From an uncultured delta proteobacterium (lineage in GTDB: Bacteria; Desulfobacterota; Binatia; Binatales; Binataceae): DNA of 64,000 nt. The position numbers and the translations under genes were made by a program. The stretch lies in NCBI GenBank assembly GCA_963835905.1, contig CAWIHG010000008.1, positions 258,384-322,383 of the forward strand. Direction: 5' to 3'. Below are positions 1-9,969 of this stretch, piece by piece; the first letter of the stretch is position 1, and each line of letters opens with the position of its first letter. The notes beneath the pieces were generated by a model, which was not told where the DNA came from, did not search any database, and worked only from the letters and a program-made list of their open reading frames with translations.

Positions 1-858
1 TCGTAAAGAACCCGTGGATCATGCCGTCGTACCGGGTGACGGTGACCGGTACGCCCGCCTTGCGCAGGATTTCGCCGTAGGCTTCGCCCTCGTCGCGCAG
101 CGGATCGAACTCCGCGGTGATGATCAGCGCCGGCGGCAGTCCCTTGTGGTTCGCGGCGAGCGCGGGCGACGCGGTCGTGTCTTTGCGGTCGGCCTCGCCA
201 CGCAGGTAATGGCCGAGGAAATACCGAATCGAGCGATCGGTCAAAAAGTAATCGGTGAACGTCTTGTGCGAATACGTGTTGCAGGCCATGTCGGTGGCCG
301 GATAAACGAGCAGTTGAAAGGCGATTTTCGGGCCGCCGCGATCACGCGCCAGCAGCGGCACCACCGCCGACAGGTTTCCACCCGCGCTGTCGCCACCGAC
401 TGCAAGGCGCGCGGAGTCGCCGCCGAGTTCGCGCGCATGCTCGGAGACCCACTTCGCCGCGGCGTAACAATCGTCCACCGCCGCGGGGAACTTGTGTTCG
501 GGAGCGAGCCGGTAATCGATCGCGACCGTGATGCATCCGGCCTGATTGGTCAACGCGCGGCAGGCGGCGTCGTGACTGTCCAGGTCTCCGATTACGAACC
601 CGCCGCCATGAAAGAAGACCAGCACCGGAAGCGGGCCAGCGCCGGCAGGCTTGTAAATGCGCACGGGAATTTCGCCGGCGGGACCGGGAATCTTGCGATC
701 CTCAACCTGATGCACCGGCTCGGGCGTTCCGCCCTGCGCGCGGAACATCTGCGCGGTCACCTGACGCAGTTGAACGGGCGGCAGCGAGTCTATCTCGGGC
801 ATCCCCGCGGCCTTCATCTGGTCCATCATCGCCTTCGCGGCGGGATCAAGCGGCATGG
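1..858 (-). CDS. HSL-family esterase/lipase (alpha/beta hydrolase), 3' end truncated by the window edge
   Basis: Minus-strand translation shows HGGGF (oxyanion) and GDSAGGNLSAV (nucleophile) motifs; ATG at 858-856. Confidence 0.8.
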
Positions 859-957
859 CAATCCTCCGATGGGTGGATGTGCGCGGCTTGCGACAGGCAA
901 GGGCGCGGCGATCTCTATAGAACGGTTTTCGCGCGAATCACAAGCGCGCCGGTCGTA

Positions 958-1854
958 TCACAGGATGCTCGCGAGAATTGCGACCTCGCCCGGATAGCCT
1001 TCCACCCGCGCGCTGCGGACGATTGCAGATTCCCGCTGCAGGCGCGCCAGTGCGGAATCGACCAGCTCCGGCCCGATCGCGAGCAAGCGGGCCACGCTGC
1101 GCTCCGAGCCAAAGGCCGCGATCTCGAAGTAGCGCCGCGCGATTCGGTACGCCGCCTCGCGCGCGGTCAGCGCCCTCGCCTCGCGCATCGCGTCCGGCCA
1201 TCGATGCTCGACGGTGTCCCACACATAGGTGAAAGGGTCGTAGCGCTCCTCGACCTTGAGCGCGAGAAACTTCTCCTGCAACTCTTTCATCGCGCGGTCA
1301 AACGCGGTGCGCTGGCGCGGCTGCGCGTAACCGGAGGACAGTTTGAGCGCGCGCGTCTCGTGCGGTCCGCGCCGCGCGAGCGCATCCATCACGAGCTTGC
1401 CGCAGTGCGACAGGCCGCCGCGCTGGTAGAGCCGCCTGTATCCGCCGGGTGTAACCCGCAAGCGCAGGAACGCACCGAGCAGATCGCGCGCGATGAAGCC
1501 GGGGCGTCCGCCGATCACCTTGCCGTAGTACACCAGGCGTTTGGCCGGCAGTGTGTCCTTTATCTGCCAGGTCATCCCGATCGCGTAGTCGTGCTGGATG
1601 TGCTCGGGCAGCACGGGCTCGCGCGCGCCCGCAATCGCCTCGCGCAGGCAGGGCACGCCCAGGCCCGCGGTGAAGGCGGCGCAGAAGCCGACTTCCTCGA
1701 TAAAGCGCAGGGCGGTCTTTTCGCCCGAGACACGGCGCGAGGGCATGCGGCGGAAGTGGTGATCGCGATGGCGCTCGAGGCGGTCGAGCGCTTCGGCGGG
1801 AAGTCTGGCGGCCGCGGCGCCGCGGGCTTTCAATGCGAGGCGCGCCGGACGCAT
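958..1854 (-). CDS. Conserved hypothetical protein, possibly a winged-helix YcaQ/AlkZ-like family member
   Basis: 298-aa ORF co-directional with and overlapping the upstream kinase gene; family assignment is by weak resemblance only. Confidence 0.35.
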   Translation of the reverse strand: MRPARLALKARGAAAARLPAEALDRLERHRDHHFRRMPSRRVSGEKTALRFIEEVGFCAAFTAGLGVPCLREAIAGAREPVLPEHIQHDYAIGMTWQIKDTLPAKRLVYYGKVIGGRPGFIARDLLGAFLRLRVTPGGYRRLYQRGGLSHCGKLVMDALARRGPHETRALKLSSGYAQPRQRTAFDRAMKELQEKFLALKVEERYDPFTYVWDTVEHRWPDAMREARALTAREAAYRIARRYFEIAAFGSERSVARLLAIGPELVDSALARLQRESAIVRSARVEGYPGEVAILASIL

Positions 1855-3152
1855 TGCTCGAAAATCTGGCGGTAGTTGGCTCTGACGGCGAGCCGGCGGG
1901 TAATTCCCTCCAGCCCTATCAGCGCTCGAATCAGAAACACGCCGTGCGCCGGCGACTTGTACAGCTTGTGCTCGACCGCGATCTCACCGACCCGCGTGGC
2001 CTTGCCTACCGCGTCGTATTCCTGCGGGTCGAACTCGCGATCGGACATCATCGGCTCGAACAGGATCCGGATTATCTCGGCCATCGCCCTGCCGTCCTGA
2101 CCGCGCTCGAGCCATCCGAGCTTCAGCATCCCGGATGCGATCGTCGCGTTGTCGTCATCGAGGATTCCCTGCGCGACCAGAAGGTTGGCCTTGCGCACCG
2201 GCTCGGCGAAGCGGCGAATCGATCCGAAGTCCAGGACTCCGAGCAGCGGATGGTAGCTGACCAGAAAATTGCCGGGATGAAAGTCCGTATGCAGCACGCC
2301 GAACTCGAGGATTTGACGCCACAGGAGTTGATGGCATTTGCGCACGACCCATGAGCGCAGTTCCAGTTCGACCACCGGGTTCATCACGTCTTCGAGCGGA
2401 TAGCCGTCCACGTAAGTCATGGTCAGGACCCGGCGCGAGCTGCGCTCGGGCACCAGGCGCGGAATCACGACCTCGGCGTCGTCGGCGAACATCCGCCCGA
2501 ATTGCGTCAGGTTGCGCGCCTCGTTGACGTAATCAAGCTCTTCGCGCAGGCGGGTCTGCAGCTCCGCATAAATCGCGTCGGTGTCGATCTTCTGGCGCAT
2601 CACGTCGCGCGCGATCGCCTGCAAGGTGCGGAGCAGCAGCTTGAGGTTGCTCAGATCCTGCTCGACCGTGTTCTCCACGCCGGGGTACTGAACTTTGACC
2701 GCCACGTCGCCCCCGTCTCGCAGGCGCGCGCGATGCACCTGGCCGAGTGATGCGGCGGCGAACGCCGTCTGATCGAAGCTTTGGAACAACGCCTCGGGCC
2801 GCTTTCCCAGCTCGCGGCGGACCTGCTCGGAGATCATCGCGTAGCTCATCGGCGGAACGCTCGATTGCGTCGCCTTGAGCACCTCGAGCGCCTCTCCCGG
2901 CAACAGGTCCTGGCGCATCGAAAGCATCTGGATGAGCTTCATGAAGGCGCCGCGCAGATGCGTCGAGCTCTCGACGATGCGCCGGGCGTTCTTGATATGC
3001 GTGTCGAGCAGCTCGCGTTCCTGCTCGCTGCGGGAAAGAAATGGACGGCGCAACGAAGTCCACAGGTAGCTGGAGCCGACCTGCGAGGCGAGTTCGCCCA
3101 TTTTCATCGCGCGCCGGGCGCGGCCCTGCGTGATATGCGTGCGTTTGGGCAT
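1830..3152 (-). CDS. ABC1/UbiB (AarF-domain) atypical protein kinase
   Basis: Kinase-like core (VAVKVQYPGV, HTDFHPGNFLV, DFG) typical of the ABC1 family; start ATG at 3152-3150 overlaps the larB-like stop (ATGA). Confidence 0.85.
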   Translation of the reverse strand: MPKRTHITQGRARRAMKMGELASQVGSSYLWTSLRRPFLSRSEQERELLDTHIKNARRIVESSTHLRGAFMKLIQMLSMRQDLLPGEALEVLKATQSSVPPMSYAMISEQVRRELGKRPEALFQSFDQTAFAAASLGQVHRARLRDGGDVAVKVQYPGVENTVEQDLSNLKLLLRTLQAIARDVMRQKIDTDAIYAELQTRLREELDYVNEARNLTQFGRMFADDAEVVIPRLVPERSSRRVLTMTYVDGYPLEDVMNPVVELELRSWVVRKCHQLLWRQILEFGVLHTDFHPGNFLVSYHPLLGVLDFGSIRRFAEPVRKANLLVAQGILDDDNATIASGMLKLGWLERGQDGRAMAEIIRILFEPMMSDREFDPQEYDAVGKATRVGEIAVEHKLYKSPAHGVFLIRALIGLEGITRRLAVRANYRQIFEQCVRRASH

Positions 3153-3925
3153 CAGCCTTCGCCGTCGCGATCGATGCCGGCCCGATTTATCAAGGTGGCC
3201 GCCAGCGCCGCGCCGAAGCCATTGTCGATATTGACGACCGTAACTCCGCTCGCACACGAATTGAGCATCCCGAGCAGCGCGGCGATTCCGCCGAACGCGG
3301 TGCCGTAACCCACGCTGGTCGGTACCGCGATCACCGGACGATCGACGAGTCCCGCAACCACCGACGGCAGCGCCCCTTCCATTCCGGCCACCACGATCAG
3401 CACGCTCGCGCGCCGCACGCCATCGAGGTTGGTCGTCAGGCGATGAATCCCCGCCACGCCGACGTCGAACAGTCGGCGCACGCGATTGCCGAATAGCTCG
3501 GCGCAGATAGCGGCTTCCTCCGCGACCGGGATGTCGGAAGTGCCCGCGCTTATCACCATCACCTCGCCGTGACCACGCGGCGTGATCCGCTCCTTGATCG
3601 CGGTGCCGATGCGGGCGTCGGGATGGTAGCGGAGCGTGCGGATCGCGCGGCGGACGGCGCGCGCCTTTTCGGCGGACAGCCGGGTTACGATCAGATTGGT
3701 GCCCGAGGCGAGCACCCGCTTGCCGATTGCGGAGATTTGCGCGGCGCTCTTGCCCTCGCCAAACACCACTTCAGGTACTCCACGGCGGAGCGCGCGATGG
3801 CGATCGAGCTTGGCGAAGCCGAGATCCTCGAACGGAAGCTCCCGCAGCGAGCGCATCGCGGTCGCGGCCGTCATCCGGCCCGCCGCCACCCGCTCGATAA
3901 TCTGGCGGATGCGCTTTTCGGTCAT
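3152..3925 (-). CDS. LarB/PurE-like (COG1691) AIR-carboxylase-related protein
   Basis: 257 aa with a Gly-rich PurE-like core (VISAGTSD, VVAGMEGALP). Confidence 0.65.
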   Translation of the reverse strand: MTEKRIRQIIERVAAGRMTAATAMRSLRELPFEDLGFAKLDRHRALRRGVPEVVFGEGKSAAQISAIGKRVLASGTNLIVTRLSAEKARAVRRAIRTLRYHPDARIGTAIKERITPRGHGEVMVISAGTSDIPVAEEAAICAELFGNRVRRLFDVGVAGIHRLTTNLDGVRRASVLIVVAGMEGALPSVVAGLVDRPVIAVPTSVGYGTAFGGIAALLGMLNSCASGVTVVNIDNGFGAALAATLINRAGIDRDGEG

Positions 3926-5211
3926 CGCCGCTTTGTGGGTTCCGTCCGCAGCTGCCGGCTGAGCTGCAGGAGCACTTCGCGGACCGCGCGCAGATCGCTG
4001 CGCGTGACCGTAATCGAAGCTTCGCCGACCGTGAGTTGCTCTCCGGGCTGCGGAATGTGGCCGAGACGTTCGAGCACCAGGCCACCGATCGTAGCATACT
4101 CATCCGCCTCGGGCAGCTTGAGGCCGAATCGTTCATTGAGTTCAGCGATCGGCGCGCGGCCCATCACGGCAAGCGTGCGGCGGTTGATCACGCGCGCGAG
4201 CTCTTCGGCTTTGTCGTATTCGTCCTCGATTTCGCCGACGACCTCCTCGAGCAGATCCTCGAGCGTGATTATTCCGGCGGCGCCGCCGTATTCGTCCACG
4301 ATCACCGCCAGGTTCTCTCCGGTGCGCTGAATCGCGACCAGCACTTCGTCCAGCGGCATCGACTCCGGAAAATAGCTGACGGGGCGCGTCACGTCGCGCA
4401 CCGGGCGGGAGAGATCGGGTGCCTGCAGCAGGTCGAAGACGTGCACGATCCCGACGATATCAGTGATTCTGCGGCGAAAGACCGGCAGCCGGCTATAGCC
4501 GACCCTGCGCACCACTTCAATCGCGCGCTCCAGCGACATTTCTTCGGGCACCGCATCCACCCGTACCAGCGGCACCATCGCCTTGCGCGCATCGGCGCGA
4601 GAGAAACGAAAGATGCGGCTGATCATCAGGCGCTCGGCGGGCAGGATCGCGTCGTGCCCGTCGGCGGTGGCGGTTTCGGCGGGCCGGCGAAGAACCAGGC
4701 GCACCAGATCCTCGCGCGAAAGAAACACGCTGGCCGCTTCCGGCGCCACCCCCGCAAGCGCTCGCAGCGCTCGGCTCATCAGCGTTTCCGCCACCAGCAG
4801 CGGCGAAAGCAGCGCGGCCAGCAGGCGCAGCGGACGGGCGGCAATTCGCGCGAACCTCAAGGGATCGCGCAGCGCCAGCATCTTGGGAATCGCCTCGCCC
4901 AGCACGAGCGTGATCGGCGCAAGGATGAACGGCGCCCAATACGATAGCCGCCCTCCCATCGCGTGCAGGAACGCCGTCAGCATCACCGCTGCCAGCACGG
5001 TCGCGAGGTTATTGCTGGTAAGCGTGAGCGCGAGCAGTTGATCGCGGCGTTCGAGCAGAGAGCCCAGCATGCGCGCGGTCTTCTCGCCCTGCTCGCTCTC
5101 CGCGCGCACCTTGAGATCGTCGGCCGAGACCAGCGCGATTTCGCTGGCCGCGAAAAACGCCTGCACGAGCACGCATGCGCCCACCGCCGCGAGCAGCCAC
5201 ACGATACTCAT
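3922..5211 (-). CDS. HlyC/CorC (CNNM) family transporter, DUF21-CBS-CorC_HlyC
   Basis: N-terminal TM DUF21, tandem CBS region and C-terminal transporter-associated domain; 4-bp overlap with the downstream gene. Confidence 0.85.
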   Translation of the reverse strand: MSIVWLLAAVGACVLVQAFFAASEIALVSADDLKVRAESEQGEKTARMLGSLLERRDQLLALTLTSNNLATVLAAVMLTAFLHAMGGRLSYWAPFILAPITLVLGEAIPKMLALRDPLRFARIAARPLRLLAALLSPLLVAETLMSRALRALAGVAPEAASVFLSREDLVRLVLRRPAETATADGHDAILPAERLMISRIFRFSRADARKAMVPLVRVDAVPEEMSLERAIEVVRRVGYSRLPVFRRRITDIVGIVHVFDLLQAPDLSRPVRDVTRPVSYFPESMPLDEVLVAIQRTGENLAVIVDEYGGAAGIITLEDLLEEVVGEIEDEYDKAEELARVINRRTLAVMGRAPIAELNERFGLKLPEADEYATIGGLVLERLGHIPQPGEQLTVGEASITVTRSDLRAVREVLLQLSRQLRTEPTKRR

Positions 5212-6419
5212 CGGCTGAGCCTCACCAGTTCCACGGTCGCGCCGCGCACGCGTTCCACACGCGCGTCCAGCGGGCCCAGGCGCAGGGTTTCGCCGGGCGG
5301 CGGCACGCGCCCCAGCGTGCGGAGCACGATCGCGCTGAGAGTGCGGCCCGCGCCGGGCGCCGCGATCGGCGGCGACAACTGGAGGGCGGCGTTCAGACTA
5401 CGGACATCGATCGCGCCTGAGGCCATCCACTCGCCCGGCTTGATCTCCTGAAGCTCGGGTAAGTCGGTATCGAATTCGTCGCGCAACTCGCCAAACAGCT
5501 CTTCGAGCAGGTCCTCCAGCGTGACGAGCCCGAGCAGGCCTCCGTATTCATCGACCACCAGCGCCATCTGGAAGCGCCCGCGCCGCATCTCGTCGAACAG
5601 CCCGGCAAGCGGTCGGTTGGGCGGGATAAAGTTGGCCGGGCGCAGCAGACGCTCGGTTCGCGGCGCGGTGCCCTCGAGCCGGTGCACGACCAGGTCCTTG
5701 GCGTGCATGATTCCGACGACGTTATCGAGCTTTCCGCGATACAGCGGTACCCGCGAGAAATGCCCGTGCGCTATCTCGGCGGTAAGCTGCGCAAGCGGCA
5801 AATCGACGTCGAGCGCAAAGACCCGGTCGCGCGGCGTCATCACCTCGGACGCGCGCCGCGCGCCGAAGTCGAATACGCGATGGATGAATGCGCGCTCCTC
5901 AGGTTCGATCTCGCCGCCTTTCTCGCCCAGCCGCAGCAGCGCCTTGAACTCAGCCTCCGACACCGGCTCGGGACCCGGAGCAGGCTCCGCCGGTCCGAAA
6001 AAGCGCGCAACCGGGCTCAGAGGTCCGATCAGCGCCGCGAGCGGTCGCGCGGTAAGCCGGGCGACTCCCGCGGGATGCCCGAGCGCAAAGGTTTTCGGCG
6101 TGATATCGCAGAACAGGAGCACGATCACGAGCATTACCGGCGCCGCGACCCACGCGCCGACATCGCCGAGCCAGAGCAGGAACCAGGTGGTCGCAAGGCA
6201 CTCGGCAAACACGTTGCTGGTCTCGTTGATTCCGATCACGACGATCAGCGACTCGACCGGCCGCCGCATCAGGCGCTCGAGCGCGGAGCGAATCGGCCGG
6301 CTCATCTGCTCGCGCAAATGCTCCATCCGCGTCATCGCAAAAATGGCGGTTTCCGACGCCGCGAGCATCGCGCTCACGATGATCAGGACTCCCACGAGAA
6401 TCGGAAGGATTATCAGCAC
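5208..6419 (-). CDS. HlyC/CorC (CNNM) family transporter, tandem paralog
   Basis: Same DUF21-CBS-CorC architecture as its neighbour; 4-bp overlap. Confidence 0.85.
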   Translation of the reverse strand: MLIILPILVGVLIIVSAMLAASETAIFAMTRMEHLREQMSRPIRSALERLMRRPVESLIVVIGINETSNVFAECLATTWFLLWLGDVGAWVAAPVMLVIVLLFCDITPKTFALGHPAGVARLTARPLAALIGPLSPVARFFGPAEPAPGPEPVSEAEFKALLRLGEKGGEIEPEERAFIHRVFDFGARRASEVMTPRDRVFALDVDLPLAQLTAEIAHGHFSRVPLYRGKLDNVVGIMHAKDLVVHRLEGTAPRTERLLRPANFIPPNRPLAGLFDEMRRGRFQMALVVDEYGGLLGLVTLEDLLEELFGELRDEFDTDLPELQEIKPGEWMASGAIDVRSLNAALQLSPPIAAPGAGRTLSAIVLRTLGRVPPPGETLRLGPLDARVERVRGATVELVRLSR

Positions 6420-6423
6420 GCGG

Positions 6424-7452
6424 TCATCCCTGCGACTTCAACTGGTCCCAACCGGTAATCTTTGGTGCGCCGCCGCCGACGATGGCTGCCGACGAACCGC
6501 GGAGAATCCTGCCGATCCGCGCCACGCGGATCCCCAGCCGGCGCGACAGGCGTGCCGGTGAATGGCCGGGGCGCAGGCAGAATAGAAGCTCGTAATCCTC
6601 ACCGCCTCCCAGAGCGAGCGAACGGTCGTCGCCCACCACGGCGCGATAAGCGCGCGAGACGGGAATCGCGGCGGGATCGATTTCGGCGCCGACGCGGCTG
6701 CGCTCCAGGATGTGGGACAGATCCTGCCAGAGTCCGTCGCTGACGTCGATTGCGGCGGCGCTGGGGCGGATCTTCGCGAGCCGGCGCCCCGCCTCGAGCC
6801 GCGCGACCGGCGCCAGGTAGCGGCGCACCAGGTAGCTGCGCACGGAGCCGCGCGCGCGGAGCTGGCCGGCGAGTATCCGCCATCCCGCCGCGGCGTCGCC
6901 AAAGGTCCCGGTGACAAAGATCTCGTCGCCCACGCGGGCCGCGTCGCGCCGCAGAGGGCGCGTGGGCGCGTCGCCCAACAACGCAATCGTAATCGATAGC
7001 TGCCGCGCGGTGGTGATATTGCCGCCGACTATGTCCACCCCCGCGCGCCGCGCCTCGCCCGCCAGACCGGCATAGAGGCGATCGAGGAATCTGACCGCGA
7101 CGCCGGCCCCGACGGCGAGATTCACCACGCACGCGGTCGGCGTGCCGCCCATCGCGGCGATATCGCTCAGGTTGACCGCGAGCGCGCGCGCCCCAATCTG
7201 CTCGGGGGTTCCCCAGGCGCAGTTGAAGTGCACGCCCTCGACCATCGAATCGATCGTGAACAGTTGGCGGGCGCGGCGGGCGCTGAGAATTGCGCAGTCG
7301 TCGCCAATCGAAAGGATCGTCCGGCGGCTTGCCGGCAGGCGTGCACACAGGCGCTCGATCAATTCGAACTCGCCGGGCAGTTTGCGCCCGCCGGCGGAGC
7401 GCCGCACGCGTCTGCCTGTGGTGGAGGGCAAGTCCTCAGGGACGGTCCGCAA
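6424..7452 (-). CDS. thiL: Thiamine-monophosphate kinase
   Basis: EFELIERL...SIGDDCA N-terminal signature and AIR-synthase-related fold; the true start may be internal to the ORF. Confidence 0.8.
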   Translation of the reverse strand: MRTVPEDLPSTTGRRVRRSAGGRKLPGEFELIERLCARLPASRRTILSIGDDCAILSARRARQLFTIDSMVEGVHFNCAWGTPEQIGARALAVNLSDIAAMGGTPTACVVNLAVGAGVAVRFLDRLYAGLAGEARRAGVDIVGGNITTARQLSITIALLGDAPTRPLRRDAARVGDEIFVTGTFGDAAAGWRILAGQLRARGSVRSYLVRRYLAPVARLEAGRRLAKIRPSAAAIDVSDGLWQDLSHILERSRVGAEIDPAAIPVSRAYRAVVGDDRSLALGGGEDYELLFCLRPGHSPARLSRRLGIRVARIGRILRGSSAAIVGGGAPKITGWDQLKSQG

Positions 7453-7543
7453 TTTGCGTTTGGAGGCGAAGATCAGCGGTTACGAGCATGAACATCGATG
7501 ACGCTAATCGATCGGCGCAGAGCGGGCAATAGCAGGCTTCGAA

Positions 7544-8746
7544 TCAGCCGCGCGGGCCGGATCCGGCCGCATCGCGCATCGCCTCCACCGCAAAATCGAT
7601 TTCAGCGCGTGAAATATTGAGGGGCGGCGCAAGCCGCACCACGGTATCGGCATTCAGCGTCCAGTTAACAACTACACCGCGCTCAAGCGTGCGCGCGACG
7701 AAGCCCTGCGCTTCGGCGGCAGAGCGAAATTCTATCCCCGCGAGCAGTCCAAGTCCGCGAACGTCCGCGATCTCGCGGATAGCGAGTCCGCGCAACCGCT
7801 CACGCAGATATGCCCCCGATTCCTGCGCGCTCGCACACAGGTTTTCGCCCTCGATCACCTCGAGCGCCGCAAGTCCAGCGGCGCAAGACAGCGGATGTCC
7901 ACCGAAGGTCGTGATATGCCCAAGCGGAGGGTCATGCGCGAGCGTGCCGATCAGTTCGTCGCGGCCCGCGAACGCGCCCAGTGGAAGCCCGCCGCCCAGC
8001 GCCTTGGCCATCACCACGATATCCGGCACGACCCCGAAGTGCTCGAGCGCAAACATCCGGCCGGTGCGTCCGAAGCCGGTCAGGACTTCATCGAAGATGA
8101 GCAACGCGCCCGCGCGATCGCATCGCGCACGCAGCGCACGAATGAACTCCACACCCGGGATGCGCACGCCGGCTTCGGCCTGGACGGGCTCGATCACCAC
8201 TGCGGCGATGGAGTCGTCGATCGCGTCCAGCGCGCCGCAGTCGCCAAAGGGCAAATGCCGCACGTCCGCGAGCAGAGGCTCGAACGGCGCGCGGAAGGCG
8301 GGGTTTCCGGCCAGCGCCAGCGCGCCGGTGGTGTCGCCGTGGTATGCCCCTTCGAATGCGGCAAAGCCTGCGCGGCCAGTGAATTTGCGCGCGGCTTTCA
8401 TAGCGCCTTCGATCGCTTCCGTGCCGCTGTTGGTGAAATAGACGCGAGACAGTACCGGCGGCAGAAGCGCGGCGAGCCGCGCCGCGAGCCGCACCTGCGC
8501 CTCGATCACGTACTCGCCATAAACCATCACGTGCAGATGCCGGCGCGCCTGCGCATCGATCGCGGCGATTACGCGCGGATGCCCATGACCGAGCGCGGCC
8601 ACGCCGATTCCGGCGATCATGTCGAGGTAGCGCCTGCCGTCGGCCGCGTAGAGCCAGGCTCCTTCGGCGCGATCGATTTCCAAACCGATCGGGCTCGGCG
8701 AGGTCTGCGCGAGATTGCGCGCGAACAGGTCGCGAAGCTCGCTCAT
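7544..8746 (-). CDS. Class-III PLP-dependent aminotransferase (ArgD / omega-transaminase-like)
   Basis: Aminotransferase-III motifs (YFTNSGTEA, FDEV.TGFGRTG, MAKALGGG); ATG at 8746-8744 overlaps the upstream stop. Confidence 0.85.
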   Translation of the reverse strand: MSELRDLFARNLAQTSPSPIGLEIDRAEGAWLYAADGRRYLDMIAGIGVAALGHGHPRVIAAIDAQARRHLHVMVYGEYVIEAQVRLAARLAALLPPVLSRVYFTNSGTEAIEGAMKAARKFTGRAGFAAFEGAYHGDTTGALALAGNPAFRAPFEPLLADVRHLPFGDCGALDAIDDSIAAVVIEPVQAEAGVRIPGVEFIRALRARCDRAGALLIFDEVLTGFGRTGRMFALEHFGVVPDIVVMAKALGGGLPLGAFAGRDELIGTLAHDPPLGHITTFGGHPLSCAAGLAALEVIEGENLCASAQESGAYLRERLRGLAIREIADVRGLGLLAGIEFRSAAEAQGFVARTLERGVVVNWTLNADTVVRLAPPLNISRAEIDFAVEAMRDAAGSGPRG

Positions 8747-9969
8747 CCGCGCCTCGTAATCCAATCCAGAAACGCGCCGCCGCCGTGCCGCCAGGTCACA
8801 GGCGGGGATTGTATCGTGCCGGGAGCCGCCAGATGCGACACGCCGAGCGCACCCAGCAGCGCGCCCAGCTGCGCGGCTTCTGTCTCCGTGGCAGCCACCG
8901 AAAAGCCCTCCAGCCTCCCCTGCGCGGGACGCAACCGCGCCCTCAGGTCGTCCAGGCCCCGGAACTCGCTGACATGGACCGTGCGCAGGCCGGGCGACGC
9001 GGTGAAACTCGCGCCGGGATCGTAGATGACGGTCCACGCAAGCCTGGACCCTTCGAAAATTTCGACCGGTTCGCCGCCCAAACCGCGCCATCGCGCATGC
9101 TCGCGCGCAATCCGCAGCGCCGCGGAATCCTCGAGCTCGAGCGACGCGGGCGGCGGCAGAGCCCGGGCAATCTCGCCCATCTCCGATGAAAGTGCGCGGA
9201 CAAATTCCCGCCCGGCGGGAGCTTCGACGAATACGTGATGCGCCGAGAGGCATCCGAGTTGCTCGAATAGCGTCACGTCGCGCGCGAACCCGCTTGCGAC
9301 GGAGGCTTGCGTGCCGGCGCCGACCGAGCTGCGCATCGCGACCGCGCCGCTCAACCGTGCGCCAAATGCGAACAGCGGCCGCTTAACGTCCAGACTCGCA
9401 ATCGTAGCATCGTCGCCGTACGCGACCATCGCGTCGGTGGCGTCGCGCAGCGGGTTGGTCAACTCCGCCTGCTCGCGCGGCCAGGTGAATACGGAGATTC
9501 GCGCGGCGAGAGCGGGATCGTGCTCGGCAAGGGTGCGCAGGATCGCGCGAAACAGCACCGGCTCGGTGCTCGCGGTTTTGATAATCATCCCGGAGCCCGC
9601 AATCAGCGCGAGCGCGACCTCATGAAGTCCCGCGCCGGCGACGTTCCCCGCCATCACGAAACCCAATAGAGTGCGGCGTTCCGCCGCGCGCGCCGCGAAT
9701 GAACGCAAGGCATCCGCGCTGAACGGCGCGAGCAGCGCATCGAGCGAAGCCTCCAGCAGCGGCTCGGAAAATTGCCGCTGACGCGCGATCAGCGCGATGG
9801 CTTCGCGGCGCGCCGGCAGAGCGTGATGGCGCCATCGCGCGATCACTGCCGCGACGATCTCGGCCGCGTGCTCGGGACTGTGGGGTGTGGCGATGAATTT
9901 ACGGATCCGGGCGGCGGCTTCGGCGAGATCCCCGGGCGTCGGACCTTGGACCATCGTGAGCGCGCTCAC
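8743..9969 (-). CDS. LuxC-like acyl-CoA (acyl-protein) reductase
   Basis: About 400 aa with LuxC-type Rossmann region (GFVMAGNVAGAG) and a candidate catalytic Cys (QLGCLSAHH); GTG start overlaps the luxE-like stop (GTGA). Confidence 0.6.
   Translation of the reverse strand: MSALTMVQGPTPGDLAEAAARIRKFIATPHSPEHAAEIVAAVIARWRHHALPARREAIALIARQRQFSEPLLEASLDALLAPFSADALRSFAARAAERRTLLGFVMAGNVAGAGLHEVALALIAGSGMIIKTASTEPVLFRAILRTLAEHDPALAARISVFTWPREQAELTNPLRDATDAMVAYGDDATIASLDVKRPLFAFGARLSGAVAMRSSVGAGTQASVASGFARDVTLFEQLGCLSAHHVFVEAPAGREFVRALSSEMGEIARALPPPASLELEDSAALRIAREHARWRGLGGEPVEIFEGSRLAWTVIYDPGASFTASPGLRTVHVSEFRGLDDLRARLRPAQGRLEGFSVAATETEAAQLGALLGALGVSHLAAPGTIQSPPVTWRHGGGAFLDWITRRG

Noticed and set aside
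14-1875. Long plus-strand ORFs (14-997, 877-1875) rich in Arg/Gly
   Set aside because: They are antisense to the esterase and YcaQ-like genes. Their protein composition is low-complexity and typical of high-GC antisense frames. The minus strand carries clear HGGG/GDSAG esterase motifs.
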